Assembly: GCA_037444405.1 (NCBI GenBank)
Contig: JBBIML010000012.1
Location: 32,001 to 96,000 of the forward strand
Reading direction: 5' to 3'
Source of the DNA: Armatimonadota bacterium
GTDB taxonomy: Bacteria > Armatimonadota > Fimbriimonadia > Fimbriimonadales > GBS-DC
Length of the DNA: 64,000 nucleotides
Shown: positions 9,161 to 18,484 of the stretch, in pieces
Numbering within the stretch: the first letter of the stretch is position 1
How the letters are laid out: each line of letters begins with the position of its first letter
The notes under the pieces: generated by a model
Databases searched by the model: none
What the model was told of the DNA's origin: nothing
The model's input: only the letters and a program-made list of their open reading frames with translations
Position numbers and translations under genes: made by a program

Positions 9161-9188
9161 TGGGAAGCGAGGGCTTCCCATCTTTTTT
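9161..9188 (+). terminator. Intrinsic terminator
   Basis: TGGGAAGC-GAGG-GCTTCCCA followed by TCTTTTTT; AAAAG upstream suggests it is bidirectional. Confidence 0.7.
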
Positions 9189-9281
9189 ATCAGGGGTGGC
9201 TCTGTTGCTTCTGGGAGCCTTTGCATGCTATAATTGTGTTCAGAATCGCTGGGGACATCTTTCAAAACAGAGAGGTGGAAC

Positions 9282-10589
9282 ATCAACAGCTTTGCGGAGT
9301 ATCTGGGGCATTTACGGCGTGCGCGCGGCATGACCATTCGTCGCCTGGCTCAGCTGGCAGGGATCCATCCTTCCACACTGAGCCGCTGGGAAGCGGGGTT
9401 TGTGCGCCCTTCGCTGTACGAGTTCGATGCCCTCATGAACGCGCTGGGAGCGAGCGATATCGAGCGGCGTTGCGCCCTGGAGCGGATTGACGCGCCCCGC
9501 GCACTGTCCCGTCTGCACGCGGCACAACCCGCTCCGGCAGGTTCGCAAGCGAAGCCGCATATTCCCCTTCCCGGCGACCTGTTGCGCGCGATGCGCCAAC
9601 GCAGAGGCTGGACCTTAGAACAGACCGCCAAGCAGATGCACATCAGTATCGCCACTCTCTACCGCTGGGAACACTCGGAAGCGTGGCCCTCCGAAGAGCA
9701 ACTGCATCAGCTCTGTGCCCTGCTTCAGGCGCACTTTCAAGAACAGGTTGCGCTCTCCGCAGGGCGCCTCCATTTCCATCCTGAGGTTCAGGCGTTTCCA
9801 TCCCGCCCGGAGGAGCTGGAAGAGCTGATGCGCCAGATTATTTTCGCCGAGGTAGCGGTTGATCGCGCGCTTGCGGATCTGTACTTTTTATCTCTGGAAC
9901 GATTTCTATGGAGGCTGAGTCAACGCAGCGAAGCGGGGCGTCGGCTCCTGATTGACGCCTATGTGTGCCACTGCCGCCACCTGCTTCAGGATGCACGCCT
10001 GATAGACGCGCAGACCCCAGCCGCGCGCGCAATGCACCGGATCGGTGGCTGGGAGAACCCGCGTGCGCACTGGTTATGGATCGTGCATGCCGCCGCGAAA
10101 GGCGCTGCCGAGAAGCGCGCCCAGCCCTATCCCACCGCAGGGATTCGAATCTTGCAGGATTGGCTCCCCCTCGCCGCTGCCACTGCACTCCAGTATGAGG
10201 CGTGGTTCCTGCGTGACATCGCCGAATATATGAGCCTCACGCATGCCACGAGCGCCGCCGTGGAAGCCAGCGAGTATGCGGTCAGCAAAGGGCTGGGGAT
10301 GGGCGACGACTGGAATGTGTGGCTCTCCCATGCGGAGGTCCTGCTCAATGCAAAGCGCCCGCACCAGGCGCTTGAAGTTGTCGAGCGCCATCTGCAATTC
10401 GCATGGTGCGAAGACTCGGTGCTGATGCAGCAAGTGCATGAGGCGGGAATCTACGCCCGCGCTCTTCACGGAGTCGGGCGGCGTCAGGAAGCCCTCCTCT
10501 GGGTGGAACGCGCTCAACAGCTGGTACAGGCGAACAACCTCTGGCAGGTGCGGAACCGTGTAGAGGCGATCGCCTCGCAAATCAGGTAG
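9282..10589 (+). CDS. Double-HTH (XRE) / TPR-like regulator (paralog 2); start uncertain
   Basis: HTH1 LRRARGMTIRRLAQLAGIHPSTLSRWE, linker DAPRA, HTH2 MRQRRGWTLEQTAKQMHISIATLYRWE; the track's TTG 9234 lies in a TGCTATAAT -10. Confidence 0.8.
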   Translation: MNSFAEYLGHLRRARGMTIRRLAQLAGIHPSTLSRWEAGFVRPSLYEFDALMNALGASDIERRCALERIDAPRALSRLHAAQPAPAGSQAKPHIPLPGDLLRAMRQRRGWTLEQTAKQMHISIATLYRWEHSEAWPSEEQLHQLCALLQAHFQEQVALSAGRLHFHPEVQAFPSRPEELEELMRQIIFAEVAVDRALADLYFLSLERFLWRLSQRSEAGRRLLIDAYVCHCRHLLQDARLIDAQTPAARAMHRIGGWENPRAHWLWIVHAAAKGAAEKRAQPYPTAGIRILQDWLPLAAATALQYEAWFLRDIAEYMSLTHATSAAVEASEYAVSKGLGMGDDWNVWLSHAEVLLNAKRPHQALEVVERHLQFAWCEDSVLMQQVHEAGIYARALHGVGRRQEALLWVERAQQLVQANNLWQVRNRVEAIASQIR

Positions 10590-10605
10590 GCAACGCGACA
10601 GGGTG

Positions 10606-10654
10606 TTGCAATTTTCCGAAAAATTACGCAGGGAAGACCCTCCCGTGCTATGAT
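10606..10654 (+). promoter_or_regulatory. TTGCAATTT box and extended -10 (copy 3)
   Basis: TTGCAATTT 10606-10614; TG-C-TATGAT with the hexamer at 10649-10654. Confidence 0.5.
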
Positions 10655-10680
10655 AGTGCTGTGTATCACGGGAGGACACC

Positions 10681-13600
10681 ATGCGATGCTATTCTGGGCG
10701 TTTGGCAGATCTCCATACGGAGGCAATGAAGCGTACTCGCTTCAGCATGCTTGCTGTTATATCTGCGCAACTCCTTCTATGCCTCGTCGTGAACGGGTTC
10801 GCGCAGCAGAACCGCGAGGTCTATACCTACAACCTGACCTTCACCACCACCAACCAGTGCATGTGGCAACCGGGCACCTGCAACATTGGCTACTCCTACT
10901 TTCTGGGGGGTAGCTTCAACGGCTCGCGTTCGGGCGGCGGCTACTTCACCATTCCCGTGCTGGGCGAGTTCGGCGCATCGGGCGGTGCATCGGCGAGCGG
11001 TCGGCTCGGACTCCAGTTCGATGCCTACGCTACGGGCGGGGATGTGAGTGTCGTTTACCCGATGCAGCTGACTCTTTCCTTCCCCACCCGCGAGTACTTG
11101 GTACCCGGCGGGGTTGCCGTTATCCAGTCCAGCTACAGGCTCCAGCAGGGCGCGCGTCTTGGCACCACTTCGCCCACCGCGCGCTTTGTGATGTCGAGCG
11201 TGCTGGATTTTGCTGGCTCGTTCAGCGTCCGTGCGCGCGCCTTCAGCGAGGACATTATCAACACTTCGGTAGACATCCCGCGCGTGAACTATGTGCAGGA
11301 GCTGATCAACACGGACAATCTGAACATCTGGGATCGGGATTTCGATCTCATTTCGAACTATCCGGGATTGCTCACCCTGAATGTTCACCGCCCGTTGATT
11401 ATTACAGAAGGGGGCAACCCTTTTTCTCCGACGGAGACGCGCCTGACCTCCACTGGCAGCGACCGCTTTGTTACGCTCACAGGCGACCTGACCGCCGCGA
11501 CCATCTATCTGATCCAGACGCTGCTGGGGCTGCCGCCGAACAACTACCTGCGCAAGAGCATTTCGTATCCCGGGCTGGAGGCGGGCTATTCGCTGCTGCA
11601 GACGGAGGTTCGGACAGGACTGGGGTTCCGTCAGGACTTTGAGTTCGTGCCGCGCCCGAAAATCCGACTGACCTTCACGGATGGGCGCGCGCCCGTCGAG
11701 TTCTACGCGGGCGAAAGCGTCGCCATCCAGCTCCCCATGTCGGGCGCGCTGGGCGTGAACGCCTCCGTGGTCATGGACAACCAGTTCACCAACATCACCT
11801 ATCTGACCCTTTCGGGCGGCATCTACTTCCTGCCGCTCTATGTGTACGCCAGCGGGAAGCTGGGAAGCATCTCGCTGGGCAGCTTCGAGTTCAAGCCTGT
11901 GGACGAGATGGGCATCGGCAGCACCCTGCCCATCCGCATCTTCAATCGCACCTTTACGCTGAGCGGATTCGCCGATCAGGTAGCGGGCGACCTGACCGTG
12001 CGGGCGAACACCGACGCCACACCGGGCATCTTTTACAGCGTGAACTACAACAGCCCTACCTTCGCACGGGTGTACGACCCCAATACGACCATCTATCTGG
12101 AGTGCCGTCCCGTCAACTACTTCACCAGCCAGTCGCGGGTGGTGTTTCGGGGCACAGAAGTCAGCACGACGCTGGTGCAACCGAATGTGGTGAGCGCAGT
12201 CATCCCTGCCAGCCTGCTCACCACGATAGGCAACTACACGCTGTTTGTGCGCACGCCGGGCAAGCCCGACACGAACACCCTTGCATTCGCCGTTGGCTAC
12301 AGGCACCCTCTGATACGGCAGGTGCGATGCAACTGCCTGCCAGGACAGGATTACAGAGGCTACACCATCGGCGTCAATTTTCCAGAGAATGACCTGGTGC
12401 TGGACCTGACCACCACGAATCCGACTTACTATCGAAACGGTGTGACGGAGGTCTACTGGAACGATCAGGCAGTCACTATCGAGCAGATGGGGCTCGGGAG
12501 CGAGGATCCTACCCACTTCATGCGCATTCGGGTACCCAATCGGTATCTATGGCAGCCGGGCACGATGGTGCTGAAGGTCGTGAATAGGGGTCCGGGCGGC
12601 GGCGAAAGTATTTACAATATCTATGCTTCCTACCCGCCGCTTCAGTGGAATGAGGACTACGATTGCCGGCTGAATCCCCGCCGCGGGCGCTCCATCGGCA
12701 CGCAGGGCATCACGATTCGTGTGCGCGGAAGCTGGTTCATCAAGGGCGTCACCGAGCTGATTCTGGTGGAGGGTGCCGATTGGTACCCCCCAAATAACGC
12801 GATCCCTCTGCCCACCCAGTATGTGAGCCAGGCAGAGCTGGTGGGGCAGATTCCGGGCGACCTGATGCAGACGCCCCGTAGTGTGTTGATTGGGATGCGT
12901 CATCCCGACGGGCGTGGGGGCTACATCACTTCAGACGGTGGCGAGAGGTTTGAGGTGCTGAACCCGATCCCTGTCGTGGAGCGATGCGAACCGAATCTGG
13001 TCAATCGGGGCGATGCGCCGCCCAGCTATGTGGAGGTGCGCGGCGTGAGCTTCCGTCCTGGCTGTCAGGTCGTGTTCAACGGCGCGCCGCTGGCGACCAC
13101 GCGCCTTTCGGACACCCGCCTGCGCTTCACCCTGCCGGCGGGCACGATGAACACGGGGCGTGTGAACAGCGTGAAGGTGCGCAACCCGCAAACGGACGGC
13201 ATCGATTCCAACGAGGAATGGTTCACCGTGCGCAACCCCGCGCCCACGCTGACCGCACTCAACCCCAGCAGTGTTACTACCTTCGCGCCTGCGACGCGGG
13301 TGGACATCGCGGGCAGCGGCTTCGAAAACACGGCGCGTGCCTACTTTGGGGGCACGCCGGTGAGTACCACCTTTGTGAACACAACGCTTGTGCGCGCCCT
13401 CATCCCCGCCAGCCTGCTGCGGAATGCTGGCACCTTCTCCATCACCGTGCGCAACGAGCCGAGCGTCGACTCCAACGCGCTCCCCTTCACGATCAGCGAC
13501 GCGCGCCTCATCTATGTCAGCCCGCAGGGCAGCGACGCGAACGACGGACTGAGCTGGGCAACGGCAAAACGCACGGTGCAGGCGGGCATCAACGCTGCCG

Positions 13601-16600
13601 TGCCCTCCTCCGGCGGCGCGCAGGTGTGGGTCAAAGCGGGCCTCTACAATGAGCGCATCATCCTGCGAGCTAATGTGCATGTGTACGGCGGCTTCGCAGG
13701 CAACGAGACCAGCCGCAGCCAGCGCAACCTGTTCGCCAATGAGAGCGTCCTCGATGGGCAGTCGGGCGGTGCGGTGGTAACGGTGAACGCGGGCACGGTC
13801 AACGCCACCCTCGACGGCTTCACCCTGACCAACGGCAACCGCCCTGTCGGAGGCGCGGGCGTGCTGATTAATGGCGACTGTAGCGTGGTCGTGATTTCCA
13901 ACAACCTGATTATCAATAACCGCTCGCTGGATGTCTCAGGCAGCGGTGCGGGCATCCTGGTGCAGGGGACGAACCCGTTCGGCGCTGATGTGCAGATTCT
14001 CAACAATGTCATCGTGCGCAACGCCGCCTACAACAGCGCTGCCATCTACCTGCGCTACGCGAGCGCGCAACTCATCAACAACACCATCGCCTACAACACC
14101 AGTGTCAGCTCCACCACAGGCGCCGCGCTCTACTGCTCCGATAGCACCAGCACATTACTTGCCAACAACATCGTGGCGTTCCAGGGGAACGGTCCCGGCA
14201 TTGATCGCAAGAATGTGTCCACCGCGACGGTGACCCTGCGCAACAACTGCGTGTATAACCCGTCCACCGCGAACTACCGCAACATCGCCGCCAGCGCGTA
14301 CGCAAGCGACATCGCTGTGGATCCGCGCTTTGTGGACGCGAGCCACGATGACTTCCATCTGGGCGACTCGCCCTGCATCGATCGGGGCAGCGCGTCCGAC
14401 GCGGCAGGTATTCTGGTCGATTACGATGGGCAGGCGCGGGTGAACGGCGTTACCATCGATATCGGCGCAGATGAGGTGTACGCAGGCGCGGTTGTGCTGA
14501 CCGTGCCGCCCGCCACCGGCGCAATTCGCACCCCGGTGAACCTCACAGCGACCCTGCGACGAACCGATAACAACCTGCCGATTGCCGGTCAGCGGCTGGA
14601 GTTCTTCGTGCAGGACACCTCCATCGGCGCCGCCGACACCCAGAGCAACGGCACGGCGACGCTGAGCTACCTCCCGCCCGAATCGCTGGGCACAGGTGTG
14701 AAATCGCTGCGGGTGGAGTACGCGGGCAACACCGCCTATTTACCTGCCTCTCAGACAACCACGCTCACGGTGAATCGCGGCGTCTCCATTTTGACGCCCA
14801 TCATTGAGCCGACGCAGGTCTCGGTCTCGCAGCAGATGACGCTGGGCGGCAGGCTCTCGGACGCCACTGGCGCCCCGATTGCGAACCGCACGCTGAACAT
14901 CCTCTGGGACGGCGCTCCCATCGCCAGCGGCAACACCGACTCCAGCGGCGTCTTCCGCACCGCATACACCATCCCGCGCGGCACCTCACGAGGCAACCAC
15001 ACCGTGCGCGTGGAATTTCTGGGCGATCCCCTGTTCTTCGGCAATGTAGCCGCCAATACTGTATCCGTGGTCAACAGCGCGCCCGAAGCGTCCCTTGCTG
15101 GAGCGAACCTGCTGTTCAACGGCTCGAATACCGCCGTACAGTTTGACCACCGCCCCGAACTGAACGCCTATCCGCTCACGGTCTCCTGCTGGGTGCGCAC
15201 GCTGGACATGGCGGACCTCGAAGAACGCGGCATCGTCAACAAATATGGGAGTGGCTCGCTTAACGGCTACCAGCTATACCTGCGCAACGGGCGAGTGTAC
15301 GCATGGTACTTCCGCAACGGAAGCAACTACATCTGGGATGGCGGCTTGGGGCTGGATGGCGGGGCGATTGCCGACGGCGCGTGGCACCATATCCAGTTTA
15401 CGGTGGATGCCAGCGGCGGGCGGCTCTATGTGGATGGCGTGTTGCGCGCCAGCCGCGCGTGGACAGGTTCACCAGGCGCATGCACGACGACCACGCCGCT
15501 GCTGATCGGACGCTATCCCGGCACTCCGCTGAATGGGCACTTCGACGGCGAGATCGACGAGGTGAAACTCTGGAGCCGCGCCGATGTCGGAACCGATGAG
15601 AAGAGCCGTAAGGCGAACCTCGTCGGCGACGAGACCGGCTTGCTCGCCTATTTCCGATTCGATGAACGCTCTGGCAACCAGACTGTGGACGCCGTATCGG
15701 GTGGGGCGGCGACGCTCCTCAACACGCCCGTCTGGCAGACCTCCAGCGCGCCCGTAGAGACCCTCTATGTCGTGGACGGCGTGCCGCGCACAGTGCGCCT
15801 GAACGCTTACGACGCCAACGAGGACGCGCTGAGCTACAACCTGCTCACCACCCCTGGAAGCGGACAGTGGCTTGGCGGTGTATTCCCCAGCGCGACCTTC
15901 CTGCCTCCTTCTGGCGGCGTTTCAGGCGCGTTCAGCTATCGCGTCAGCGACGGGATTGCCAACAGCAACACAGCGTCGGGAGCCATTCAGCGCACGAATG
16001 CACCGCATGCCGGTCTGGGCGGCTCGATGCGCTACTTCAACGGCAACACCAACTCGAACATCACCGTGCCGGGCTTCGGCAATCGCGTTTCCAGCGGTGA
16101 GCTGACCATCGAGTTCTGGCAGCTTGTCGCCTCGCCCCGCTACGCCGCCACTATCGACATCAACGGCGGTTCTGCAACCAACCGCATCGTGGTGCATAGT
16201 CCCTGGAGTGATGGCAGGGTCTTCTTCGACTTCGGCAACATCACCACGCAGGGGCGACTTTACTACACGCCGCCCCAGCCAATCGTCGGCACCTGGCAGC
16301 ATTTCGCCTTCGTGGTGAGCCAGAGCGGGAACTACATGCGCATCTACCGCAACGGCGTTCTGGAAGCCCAGAAGACCGGCATGACTCCCTTCACCCCGGG
16401 CAACTACACGCTGGGGATTGGATTCGGAAACAGCGGTTTCGGGGGCTTTAATGGGTTCCTCGACGAGGTGCGCATCTGGAACCGTGCGCGCACCCAGCGT
16501 GAAATCCAGCGCGATATGCACGCGGTGCTGCAGGGCAACGAGCGCGGGCTGATCGGCTACTGGCGCCTCGATGAGTGGGGCAACAGTGCCACCACCGCCG

Positions 16601-17076
16601 TCGACTCGTCACCCAGTGGGGCGAACGGAACCTTCAGCAACGTGCGCTGGCTTGGCTCCACCGCGCCCCTTTACACGGTGCATGTGCCCGCTGGCGAGCG
16701 CACCTTCACGCTGGGCGCCTTCGCCGAATCTCTCACCCAGCCAGACCAGTTGACCTACCAGATCGTGGAGAACCCCGCCGACGGCACGCTGAACCTGTCG
16801 GGCAATCAGGCGACCTATACGCCCGATCAACCGGGCACCTACACCATGCGATACACCGTCAGCCATTCGGCAGCGGCTCTGAACACGGCGCGTGTATGGC
16901 TGGTGGTGCCGCGCGCGGGCGATGTGGACGGCAGCGGCTGCGTGGATGACGCCGACCTGCTCACGGTGTTGTTCGCCTTCGGCAGCGACAACCCTGACGC
17001 CGATGCGAACGGCGACGGACTCGTGGACGACGCCGACCTGCTAACGGTGCTGTTCAACTTCGGCAGCGGGTGCTGA
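10681..17076 (+). CDS. Large secreted multidomain surface protein (IPT/TIG-like, parallel beta-helix, Ig-like, two LamG-like, dockerin-like tail)
   Basis: Signal peptide MKRTRF...NGFA-QQ (alternative start 10726, also with GGAGG); NPAPTLTALNP IPT-like units; YVSPQGSDANDGLSWATAK beta-helix start with NNTIA/NNIVA; LamG motifs WHHI..T, FDGEIDEV, WQHFAFV, FLDEVRIWN; tail ends FGSGC. Confidence 0.85.
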   Translation: MRCYSGRLADLHTEAMKRTRFSMLAVISAQLLLCLVVNGFAQQNREVYTYNLTFTTTNQCMWQPGTCNIGYSYFLGGSFNGSRSGGGYFTIPVLGEFGASGGASASGRLGLQFDAYATGGDVSVVYPMQLTLSFPTREYLVPGGVAVIQSSYRLQQGARLGTTSPTARFVMSSVLDFAGSFSVRARAFSEDIINTSVDIPRVNYVQELINTDNLNIWDRDFDLISNYPGLLTLNVHRPLIITEGGNPFSPTETRLTSTGSDRFVTLTGDLTAATIYLIQTLLGLPPNNYLRKSISYPGLEAGYSLLQTEVRTGLGFRQDFEFVPRPKIRLTFTDGRAPVEFYAGESVAIQLPMSGALGVNASVVMDNQFTNITYLTLSGGIYFLPLYVYASGKLGSISLGSFEFKPVDEMGIGSTLPIRIFNRTFTLSGFADQVAGDLTVRANTDATPGIFYSVNYNSPTFARVYDPNTTIYLECRPVNYFTSQSRVVFRGTEVSTTLVQPNVVSAVIPASLLTTIGNYTLFVRTPGKPDTNTLAFAVGYRHPLIRQVRCNCLPGQDYRGYTIGVNFPENDLVLDLTTTNPTYYRNGVTEVYWNDQAVTIEQMGLGSEDPTHFMRIRVPNRYLWQPGTMVLKVVNRGPGGGESIYNIYASYPPLQWNEDYDCRLNPRRGRSIGTQGITIRVRGSWFIKGVTELILVEGADWYPPNNAIPLPTQYVSQAELVGQIPGDLMQTPRSVLIGMRHPDGRGGYITSDGGERFEVLNPIPVVERCEPNLVNRGDAPPSYVEVRGVSFRPGCQVVFNGAPLATTRLSDTRLRFTLPAGTMNTGRVNSVKVRNPQTDGIDSNEEWFTVRNPAPTLTALNPSSVTTFAPATRVDIAGSGFENTARAYFGGTPVSTTFVNTTLVRALIPASLLRNAGTFSITVRNEPSVDSNALPFTISDARLIYVSPQGSDANDGLSWATAKRTVQAGINAAVPSSGGAQVWVKAGLYNERIILRANVHVYGGFAGNETSRSQRNLFANESVLDGQSGGAVVTVNAGTVNATLDGFTLTNGNRPVGGAGVLINGDCSVVVISNNLIINNRSLDVSGSGAGILVQGTNPFGADVQILNNVIVRNAAYNSAAIYLRYASAQLINNTIAYNTSVSSTTGAALYCSDSTSTLLANNIVAFQGNGPGIDRKNVSTATVTLRNNCVYNPSTANYRNIAASAYASDIAVDPRFVDASHDDFHLGDSPCIDRGSASDAAGILVDYDGQARVNGVTIDIGADEVYAGAVVLTVPPATGAIRTPVNLTATLRRTDNNLPIAGQRLEFFVQDTSIGAADTQSNGTATLSYLPPESLGTGVKSLRVEYAGNTAYLPASQTTTLTVNRGVSILTPIIEPTQVSVSQQMTLGGRLSDATGAPIANRTLNILWDGAPIASGNTDSSGVFRTAYTIPRGTSRGNHTVRVEFLGDPLFFGNVAANTVSVVNSAPEASLAGANLLFNGSNTAVQFDHRPELNAYPLTVSCWVRTLDMADLEERGIVNKYGSGSLNGYQLYLRNGRVYAWYFRNGSNYIWDGGLGLDGGAIADGAWHHIQFTVDASGGRLYVDGVLRASRAWTGSPGACTTTTPLLIGRYPGTPLNGHFDGEIDEVKLWSRADVGTDEKSRKANLVGDETGLLAYFRFDERSGNQTVDAVSGGAATLLNTPVWQTSSAPVETLYVVDGVPRTVRLNAYDANEDALSYNLLTTPGSGQWLGGVFPSATFLPPSGGVSGAFSYRVSDGIANSNTASGAIQRTNAPHAGLGGSMRYFNGNTNSNITVPGFGNRVSSGELTIEFWQLVASPRYAATIDINGGSATNRIVVHSPWSDGRVFFDFGNITTQGRLYYTPPQPIVGTWQHFAFVVSQSGNYMRIYRNGVLEAQKTGMTPFTPGNYTLGIGFGNSGFGGFNGFLDEVRIWNRARTQREIQRDMHAVLQGNERGLIGYWRLDEWGNSATTAVDSSPSGANGTFSNVRWLGSTAPLYTVHVPAGERTFTLGAFAESLTQPDQLTYQIVENPADGTLNLSGNQATYTPDQPGTYTMRYTVSHSAAALNTARVWLVVPRAGDVDGSGCVDDADLLTVLFAFGSDNPDADANGDGLVDDADLLTVLFNFGSGC

Positions 17077-17077
17077 A
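16906..17077 (+). repeat. 172-bp direct repeat, copy 2
   Basis: Matches 8964-9135; encodes the dockerin-like tail of the 2131-aa protein. Confidence 0.9.
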
Positions 17078-18378
17078 AACGCCTGCAGTTCGCCCTTTGC
17101 CCAGTTGTACCACCATGGCATGCCGTGCGGAGCGAGCATGACATGGATCTGCTGGAGGCGCAGCCACCAGTGCTGCGCCTCCGTATACAAACCGCACTGA
17201 CACAGCACCCGAATCCAGATGAGCGCTTTGTTGATGCGCTGCTGAACGCCCTGCTCTTCAGGGTCCGCCAGTGAGGGGTTATCGGTGAGCAGTTGGAGCG
17301 CCTGCTCGCTCTGACCCAGATTGGCCAGCACCAGCGCGTCCGAGAGAAGGATGTTGGGGTCACCATCGCGCCATGGGTCGCTTTTGCGTCGGGCGATAGT
17401 GTGGGTCTCCACTGCCTCGTGGCGATGGCGTGAGAAGCTCAGGTACTCCGCACTGTTGCGCCAGAACCATGCGGCATGTTCAGGTGCGCACTGTTCCGCC
17501 GCGCAAAGCCAGCGCCGAAGGATGGTCACCCCTTCCAGCGGAATCATGCGCGGGTTGCATTCCGCTGCGCCTTTCGCCTGCGCATGCACGATATAGAACC
17601 AGTGGGGGCGCAGGGGTTCCGATCGGGGAATCAGGCGCAGGGCACGCTGAACGGATAGCTGCGCCTCATGCACCCGCGCCTGCTCCACCAGATAGCGGCA
17701 GTGATAGGCAAAGGCATCGATCAGCAGGCTCTTCGGGGCGCGGTTCACGCTCACCATCTGCCACAGACGCCCCTGAACACAGCGATAGAGCAGGTCGGTC
17801 ATCGCGGGGTCAATCGAGAGCCGGTCGGTTTTGACCGCTTCCAGCAGTTCTTCCATCTCGGCGGCGGACGCCACCTCGAAGGGCAACCAGGTCAGCACGC
17901 CGCGCCCGTTTTGAAGCGCATGATGCTCCGCCTCGCTCGCGCCCAGCACGGTGCACAGGCGTCCTAACTGCTCGTCGGAGGGCCAGCTCTCGGAACGCTC
18001 CCAGCGACTGACCGTGCTGACCGTCACGCCCACATGCAGGGCGACCTGTTCGAGTGTCCAGCCGCGCCGTCCCCGCAGCGCTCGCAACAGCTCGCCCCCA
18101 ATCGGGGCAGCGCCTGACGGCGAAGGCATACCTTCTCTTACCCCCACTGCCATCGGGGTCGCGCGAGGGGCATCCAGAAGTTGCCACGCCTGCGCACACT
18201 CGGTCTCAGTAGCCTGCAACGCGGTCAACACCGCCCGCAGCTCATAGACGCGCGGAGTAGTCGCTCCCGCTTCCCAGCGGCTCAGGGTGGAAGCATTCAC
18301 TCTGGCAGCACGCGCCAGCTGACGCAGCGACAGTCCCCGTGAGGCACGCATGCGACGCAAATGCTCTGCCAAAAACAC
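17041..18378 (-). CDS. Double-HTH (XRE) / TPR-like regulator (paralog 3)
   Basis: HTH1 LRRMRASRGLSLRQLARAARVNASTLSRWE, DAPRA, HTH2 LRGRRGWTLEQVALHVGVTVSTVSRWE; GTG 18378 follows GAGGT and a TGGTATAAT -10. Confidence 0.8.
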   Translation of the reverse strand: MFLAEHLRRMRASRGLSLRQLARAARVNASTLSRWEAGATTPRVYELRAVLTALQATETECAQAWQLLDAPRATPMAVGVREGMPSPSGAAPIGGELLRALRGRRGWTLEQVALHVGVTVSTVSRWERSESWPSDEQLGRLCTVLGASEAEHHALQNGRGVLTWLPFEVASAAEMEELLEAVKTDRLSIDPAMTDLLYRCVQGRLWQMVSVNRAPKSLLIDAFAYHCRYLVEQARVHEAQLSVQRALRLIPRSEPLRPHWFYIVHAQAKGAAECNPRMIPLEGVTILRRWLCAAEQCAPEHAAWFWRNSAEYLSFSRHRHEAVETHTIARRKSDPWRDGDPNILLSDALVLANLGQSEQALQLLTDNPSLADPEEQGVQQRINKALIWIRVLCQCGLYTEAQHWWLRLQQIHVMLAPHGMPWWYNWAKGELQAFSAPAAEVEQHR

Positions 18379-18484
18379 ACCCCAACACCTCATCGACATT
18401 ATACCACAGGTCAGTTCAAAAATGCTCTTGAGAAACCCCTGATGCAGGGAACCATCGGTAAACGCGCAGGGTATAATAGATGTG

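Noticed and set aside
8964..17077. Diversity-generating retroelement TR/VR pair (repeat at a gene 3' end, four of six mismatches at A in copy 1)
   Set aside because: Two mismatches are not at A, many AAC codons are unchanged, the repeat encodes a conserved anchor rather than a variable ligand-binding fold, and no reverse transcriptase is in the window.
2959..18400. Integron cassette array or RRNPP signalling-peptide genes
   Set aside because: No integron integrase or convincing attC sites, gene orientations are mixed, and I found no short secreted-peptide ORF beside the regulators.
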